DNA of 64,000 bases, taken from contig CAVSHR010000012.1 in the NCBI GenBank assembly GCA_963727625.1, forward strand, positions 480,001-544,000, given 5' to 3'. Each line of letters starts with the position of its first letter. Position 1 is the stretch's first letter. The stretch comes from an uncultured delta proteobacterium (GTDB lineage: Bacteria; Desulfobacterota; Binatia; UBA9968). Under the pieces are notes generated by a model. The model was not told the DNA's origin and ran no database searches. It worked only from the letters and a program-made list of their open reading frames with translations. Positions 60,136 to 64,000 of this stretch are shown here, in pieces. Position numbers and translations under genes: made by a program.

Positions 60136-60846
60136 TTACGGCAACTTGAATTCGGCCCGCAGCCGCTCCAATGAGGATAACCTCGCGAGCCGCTGCAGGA
60201 CGGTCGTGGTCGGCGGTAAAATGGGAAAGTCGCGGCGATCGACGCGGCTAATCGCCTCTGCCGCGTTTATCCATAGACTGTGGGTGACTTCTTCGGAGCG
60301 GCGCAGCGCCCTCTGCTTGGACGGTTGAGCAGCGATATAAAAGCGCGTATCGAAGCGCATCGAATAAATGTCGGGGGTCACCCAATGATCGAAATAAACC
60401 GCCCGCGTCAGGTCGCAAAAAAGATTTTCCGATTCTAAAAACGCGCTGAAATCGAGTTCCTTGCGCACGATAGCCTGGCGCTTATTCTCAATACGCTGTT
60501 TGGCGGCCTGATCGCTGACCGCGACTTCCTCTCCCGCTTCATTTACGCAGAGCAAAACGCCGACTTCTTCGAACAGCTCGCGCACCACCGCCACCCAATG
60601 GCCGAGCGCTTCGTTCGGTTCGCGGCGGTTGTCCAGAATGCCGCGTGCTTCCTCGCCGGAAAGGCCGCGGCAACGGCGCAACATGGAAGGCGAATAGTCG
60701 GACTCGTGCACCGTGCCACCGGGAAAGACATAAAAGCCGCCGAGAAAACGCATCTCCGGCGGCCGGCGCGTTAAGAGAAGCTCGAAACCGCCCCGCTCAT
60801 CCGGTCGCACGAGCACGACGGTGGAAGCGTAGCGGGGAATTACCAT
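60136..60846 (-). CDS. NUDIX hydrolase
   Basis: FPGG, RELFEEVG, HWVTP and RFDTRFY motifs. Confidence 0.92.
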   Translation of the reverse strand: MVIPRYASTVVLVRPDERGGFELLLTRRPPEMRFLGGFYVFPGGTVHESDYSPSMLRRCRGLSGEEARGILDNRREPNEALGHWVAVVRELFEEVGVLLCVNEAGEEVAVSDQAAKQRIENKRQAIVRKELDFSAFLESENLFCDLTRAVYFDHWVTPDIYSMRFDTRFYIAAQPSKQRALRRSEEVTHSLWINAAEAISRVDRRDFPILPPTTTVLQRLARLSSLERLRAEFKLP

Positions 60847-60854
60847 CGGTAAAG

Positions 60855-61000
60855 AATTCCGAAATCCGAAACTCGAAACAAAGTTGAACTTAGAGAAATC
60901 TCAACCTGCGAAAACCCGTAAAACCAATTTCAGTTGAGTTAGTTTGGAAAATTAATTCGTTGGACATTTGAATTGGTTTCGAGTTTCGAAATTCGGATTT
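60855..61000. mobile_element. ORF-less element with inverted 7-bp-period (AAATCCG-like) ends
   Basis: AATTCCGAAATCCGAAACTCGAAACAAA ... GTTTCGAGTTTCGAAATTCGGATTT. The right end matches 63907-63942 at 32/36. Confidence 0.65.
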
Positions 61001-61021
61001 TGAGTAACGGTTGCCTTCCTC

Positions 61022-62065
61022 CTACATTCTCCCTAACTCGCGCAACAGCTTCTCCCACTTCTCATTTTCCTTATCGTACTGGGTCGCGGACATTCCCGCC
61101 TCGGGATAGTAACGCTTGAAGTCCGGTTTATTGGTGGCGCTGTCGAGACCGAACTTGCCGAGGAATTTTTGTCCCTCAGGGCTTACAAGAAAGTCGGCGA
61201 ACAGCAAGGCCGCATACGGGTGCGGTCGATTGGCCGGCACGGCAACACCGCCCGCGTTGGTCGGCACGACGTCCATCGGCACCCACTTGATCGGCGCGCC
61301 TTTTGCGATCGACACGCGCGAATGGCTGAGAAACACCGTCGGCGACACGCCCACCTCGCCGGAGATCACCATATCGAGCAGCGCCCGACCCGACACCGAA
61401 TGCAAGCTGACCTGTTGCTCCTTGAGTTTCTTGACAAACTCAGCGCCTTTGCTGGCGAGCATGGCGGCGATCACGCGCTTGCCGGTGTCGGTCGTGGAGA
61501 AGCCGATCCTGTCCTTGAGCTCGGGTTTGAGCAGATCTTCGTAGCCCTTCGGCACCGCGCTTCCCTTCACCGAGTTTGTGTTGTACGCAAGCCCGATGTA
61601 GGACTCGCGGTCGGTCATCCAGTAGACCAAACCCTTGTCGGCTTTTTCCTTGGCTTCGTCCGGATAGTGGGCCGAATAGGGAGAATAGTACGGCGTCAGC
61701 AGTTTATATTCCTGCATCAGTTTCAGAGCCGGAAAAGTCGTTTCGATCGTGTCGACCAGAAAGCGCTTGGCCTGAGCTTCCTGCAAAACCCGCTGAATGA
61801 TTGCGTCGCTGTTGCCGCGGTAGACTTCGAGCTTGACGCCGGGGTACTTCGCCGCGAAAACCTTCGGTGCTTGCTTGTTAGGTCCGCCGGTTAGCGAGGT
61901 GTACCACATCAACATCCCTTCTTTCTTCGCTCCCTCATAAAGCATCTTTTCGCGGTCGGGTTTGTTGTACGCGGCCAGCTCGGCCATCGACATGGGTTTT
62001 TCTTGGGACCATACCGGGGATATCCAATTCAGCGCAACAGCCATCATCAATAGCAAAATGCTCAT
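61022..62065 (-). CDS. ABC substrate-binding protein (Fe(III)-type), orphan
   Basis: Signal peptide; GAKKEG, PKGYEDLL and PHPYAALLF motifs. Confidence 0.92.
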   Translation of the reverse strand: MSILLLMMAVALNWISPVWSQEKPMSMAELAAYNKPDREKMLYEGAKKEGMLMWYTSLTGGPNKQAPKVFAAKYPGVKLEVYRGNSDAIIQRVLQEAQAKRFLVDTIETTFPALKLMQEYKLLTPYYSPYSAHYPDEAKEKADKGLVYWMTDRESYIGLAYNTNSVKGSAVPKGYEDLLKPELKDRIGFSTTDTGKRVIAAMLASKGAEFVKKLKEQQVSLHSVSGRALLDMVISGEVGVSPTVFLSHSRVSIAKGAPIKWVPMDVVPTNAGGVAVPANRPHPYAALLFADFLVSPEGQKFLGKFGLDSATNKPDFKRYYPEAGMSATQYDKENEKWEKLLRELGRM

Positions 62066-62251
62066 TGCTGTCTCTCCTTGCTTGGCAATAGAATATGAGA
62101 AATTTTTATCATTGTCGGAAGGAGTAAAACAACCGACGGTCCTGTTTGCAACAGAGGAACGCTTTCACCGGGCGGGATTGAGCGCGGTTATTTCCAATTT
62201 TAGTTATGCTTTTCCGTGACGATTCGAAGGGCGGCCCGGGTTGATCGCAAT

Positions 62252-63367
62252 CTATTCTTTGAAGCGAATAATATTATATGCGGCAATAGGACGGTGAAAA
62301 CCCTTGAGCGAAAGCTCGCCGGCCGCCTCGGCCTCGACCAATTCTTCGATGCTGCCGAGCAAACGCTGGGAGGCCAGAATTTCCCCCGGCTTTGCTTCGC
62401 CGCACAGGCGCGCCGCCAGGTTTGGCACACTGCCGATCGCGCCGTACTCCCAACGTCCCTCATAACCGATTGCGCCGATGGTGGCGTAACCTTGCGCGAT
62501 GCCGACGCCGAAGTCGAGGTCGTAACCGAGTTTGCGCCATTTCACGGTCAGTTCTTTCACTCGCTCACGCATTGCCAGAGTCATGCGGATCGCGCGCTCG
62601 GGTGAATTGGGCACCGGCACCGGGTCGTTAAAAAAGATCATCATGCCGTCGCCCGCGAAGTGTTCCAATGTTCCTTCGTACTCGAGAATCAGCGTTCCCA
62701 TCGCCGCATGGTATTCATGCAAGATATTCATGACCTCTTCGGGCTCGGCGGATTCCGCGAAAGCCGTGAAACCACGCAGATCCAGATAAACCACGGTGAG
62801 CTCACGGCGATGGGTCTTCAGCGGATCGTCGGCTTCGCCGCTCACGATCAGTTCGGCGAGTTGCGGCGCGAAAAAGCGTTTGAGACGCCCGAGCCGCTCG
62901 AGCTGGGCCAGCTGATCCCGGACGCGCTGCTCCAACATTTTGTTCCACTCAGCAAGCTCGGCGGATTGACTCTGAACCCGATCGTGCAGCTCTTTTATCC
63001 GGAGCAACGACCGCACGCGCGCGAGCAGCTCGGCTTGATTGATCGGCTTGGTGAGAAAATCATCTGCGCCGGCGTCGATACCCTTCACCCGTTCCTCCGC
63101 CGGGTCCAGGGCGGTCACCATGATCACCGGAAGCATCGCCGTGGCGGAACTGTCGCGGATCTTCCGGCAGACCTCGTAGCCGCTCATCTCCGGCATGACG
63201 ACGTCCAGGAGCACCAAATCAGGACTCTCAGCTCCCATCTGAGCCAATGCCTCGCGACCCGATGAAGCCGTCACGACGTGGTAGCCCTTGACCTCCAGCA
63301 GGTCTGCGAGCAGCTTTACGTTCCGGGGCGTGTCATCGACGACAAGAATCTTTGGAGGAGTATTCAT
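62252..63367 (-). CDS. Response regulator receiver plus class III adenylate/guanylate cyclase
   Basis: LVVDD, LLDVVMP and KP; DLRGFT, GDG and N.AARL. Confidence 0.95.
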   Translation of the reverse strand: MNTPPKILVVDDTPRNVKLLADLLEVKGYHVVTASSGREALAQMGAESPDLVLLDVVMPEMSGYEVCRKIRDSSATAMLPVIMVTALDPAEERVKGIDAGADDFLTKPINQAELLARVRSLLRIKELHDRVQSQSAELAEWNKMLEQRVRDQLAQLERLGRLKRFFAPQLAELIVSGEADDPLKTHRRELTVVYLDLRGFTAFAESAEPEEVMNILHEYHAAMGTLILEYEGTLEHFAGDGMMIFFNDPVPVPNSPERAIRMTLAMRERVKELTVKWRKLGYDLDFGVGIAQGYATIGAIGYEGRWEYGAIGSVPNLAARLCGEAKPGEILASQRLLGSIEELVEAEAAGELSLKGFHRPIAAYNIIRFKE

Positions 63368-63380
63368 TCGAACAAACTCG

Positions 63381-63954
63381 TAATCCGAATATCGAAATCC
63401 GAAACAAACCCTCTGAGGTCAAATCCGAAATTCGAAGCACGAAATCCGAAATAGACTGGAAATCCATTAACCGCGTGCTTCAAGCTAGTTTATTTAATTT
63501 ATTCACTCTTTCGCAGAATCGCACCAAATATACCGGTCAACTCCGTTGACTCTCCGACAAGATCAACGCGCAATTTCTCAAGGGCCAACTCACCACCGAT
63601 GTCGATCAACCGCAACCAATAGCGGCTTTCCTCGGCCTCTTTACGACATATTCTGATTCTCATAAGAAAATCTTTCTTGCTTAGCGATTCATTGGCCTCG
63701 ATATAGTTAGCTCCGACCGAACCAGACGCTCGCATTACCCGTTTTGTATCCTCAGTATTTGCCAACGCCTTTGGAATTGTTTTGACAAAAAGGCGAACGA
63801 TTTCCGCAAAATCGAAGGGTCGGTCTTCGAGATCGTATTGTCTGAACCCCAATTCGGCTTTCATGTCTGGTGTTTTGCATTATTGATCTCGGAGCCCGGA
63901 TTCTATTTGGTCATTTGAATTTGTTTCGAATTTCGGAATTCGTGCTTCGGATTT
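63381..63954. mobile_element. Four-helix-bundle gene cassette bounded by inverted 7-bp-period repeats
   Basis: Arms 63381-63408 and 63421-63451 are inverted relative to 63920-63954 (22/24 for the best pair). Confidence 0.65.
63499..63864 (-). CDS. Four helix bundle protein (23S rRNA IVS-protein/Avd-like family)
   Basis: YDLEDR, RASGSVGANYIEANE..SKKDF and KEAEESRYWL motifs. Confidence 0.9.
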   Translation of the reverse strand: MKAELGFRQYDLEDRPFDFAEIVRLFVKTIPKALANTEDTKRVMRASGSVGANYIEANESLSKKDFLMRIRICRKEAEESRYWLRLIDIGGELALEKLRVDLVGESTELTGIFGAILRKSE

Positions 63955-64000
63955 ATCTCCTTGTGGCGAGTACTCTTTCAACTTCGCCGAGAAAATCCTT
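63953..64000 (-). CDS. 3' end of an upstream gene, probably a single-domain response regulator (partial)
   Basis: KDFLGEVERVLATRR* resembles the last helix of a receiver domain; it runs off the window. Confidence 0.45.
   Translation of the reverse strand, partial: KDFLGEVERVLATRR

Noticed and set aside
63499-63864. Avd of a diversity-generating retroelement
   Set aside because: No reverse transcriptase or TR/VR pair is visible in the window.
53500-63954. Short periodic repeats as CRISPR arrays
   Set aside because: Units are 7-9 bp, degenerate and inverted, with no spacers or cas genes.

Overview
Bacterial genomic DNA with no rRNA, tRNA or CRISPR array. The many orphan NitT/TauT- and Fe(III)-type solute-binding proteins and the gene style suggest a Candidatus Binatia/deltaproteobacterial MAG (inference). 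The window has two parts. (1) About 2.2-26.7 kb is an accessory aromatic-catabolism island. It starts with a decayed serine recombinase and carries a LigAB-like dioxygenase, signal-less SBP-fold proteins, an OphC-like decarboxylase, two paralogous ABC transporters and a LysR-linked CoA-transferase/MaoC/thiolase-DUF35 module. It ends in a truncated Rieske dioxygenase. Frameshifts cluster densely at about 14-20 kb. (2) About 26.7-64 kb is largely intact backbone: SBPs, acs, an FNR-like reductase, a Rieske/cytochrome b6 operon with an octaheme cytochrome, ispF, MFS transporters, a LigJ-like hydratase and a receiver-adenylate cyclase gene. The most notable items not shown by the ORF track are: a four-helix-bundle gene enclosed by inverted 7-bp-period repeats inside an operon, with an ORF-less sister copy 2.5 kb away and 8- and 9-bp-period hairpins of similar architecture; a UGA-selenocysteine peroxiredoxin next to a CGFS glutaredoxin; a cytoplasmic beta-propeller with seven similarly placed His; and a 53-aa membrane protein in the bc-complex operon.
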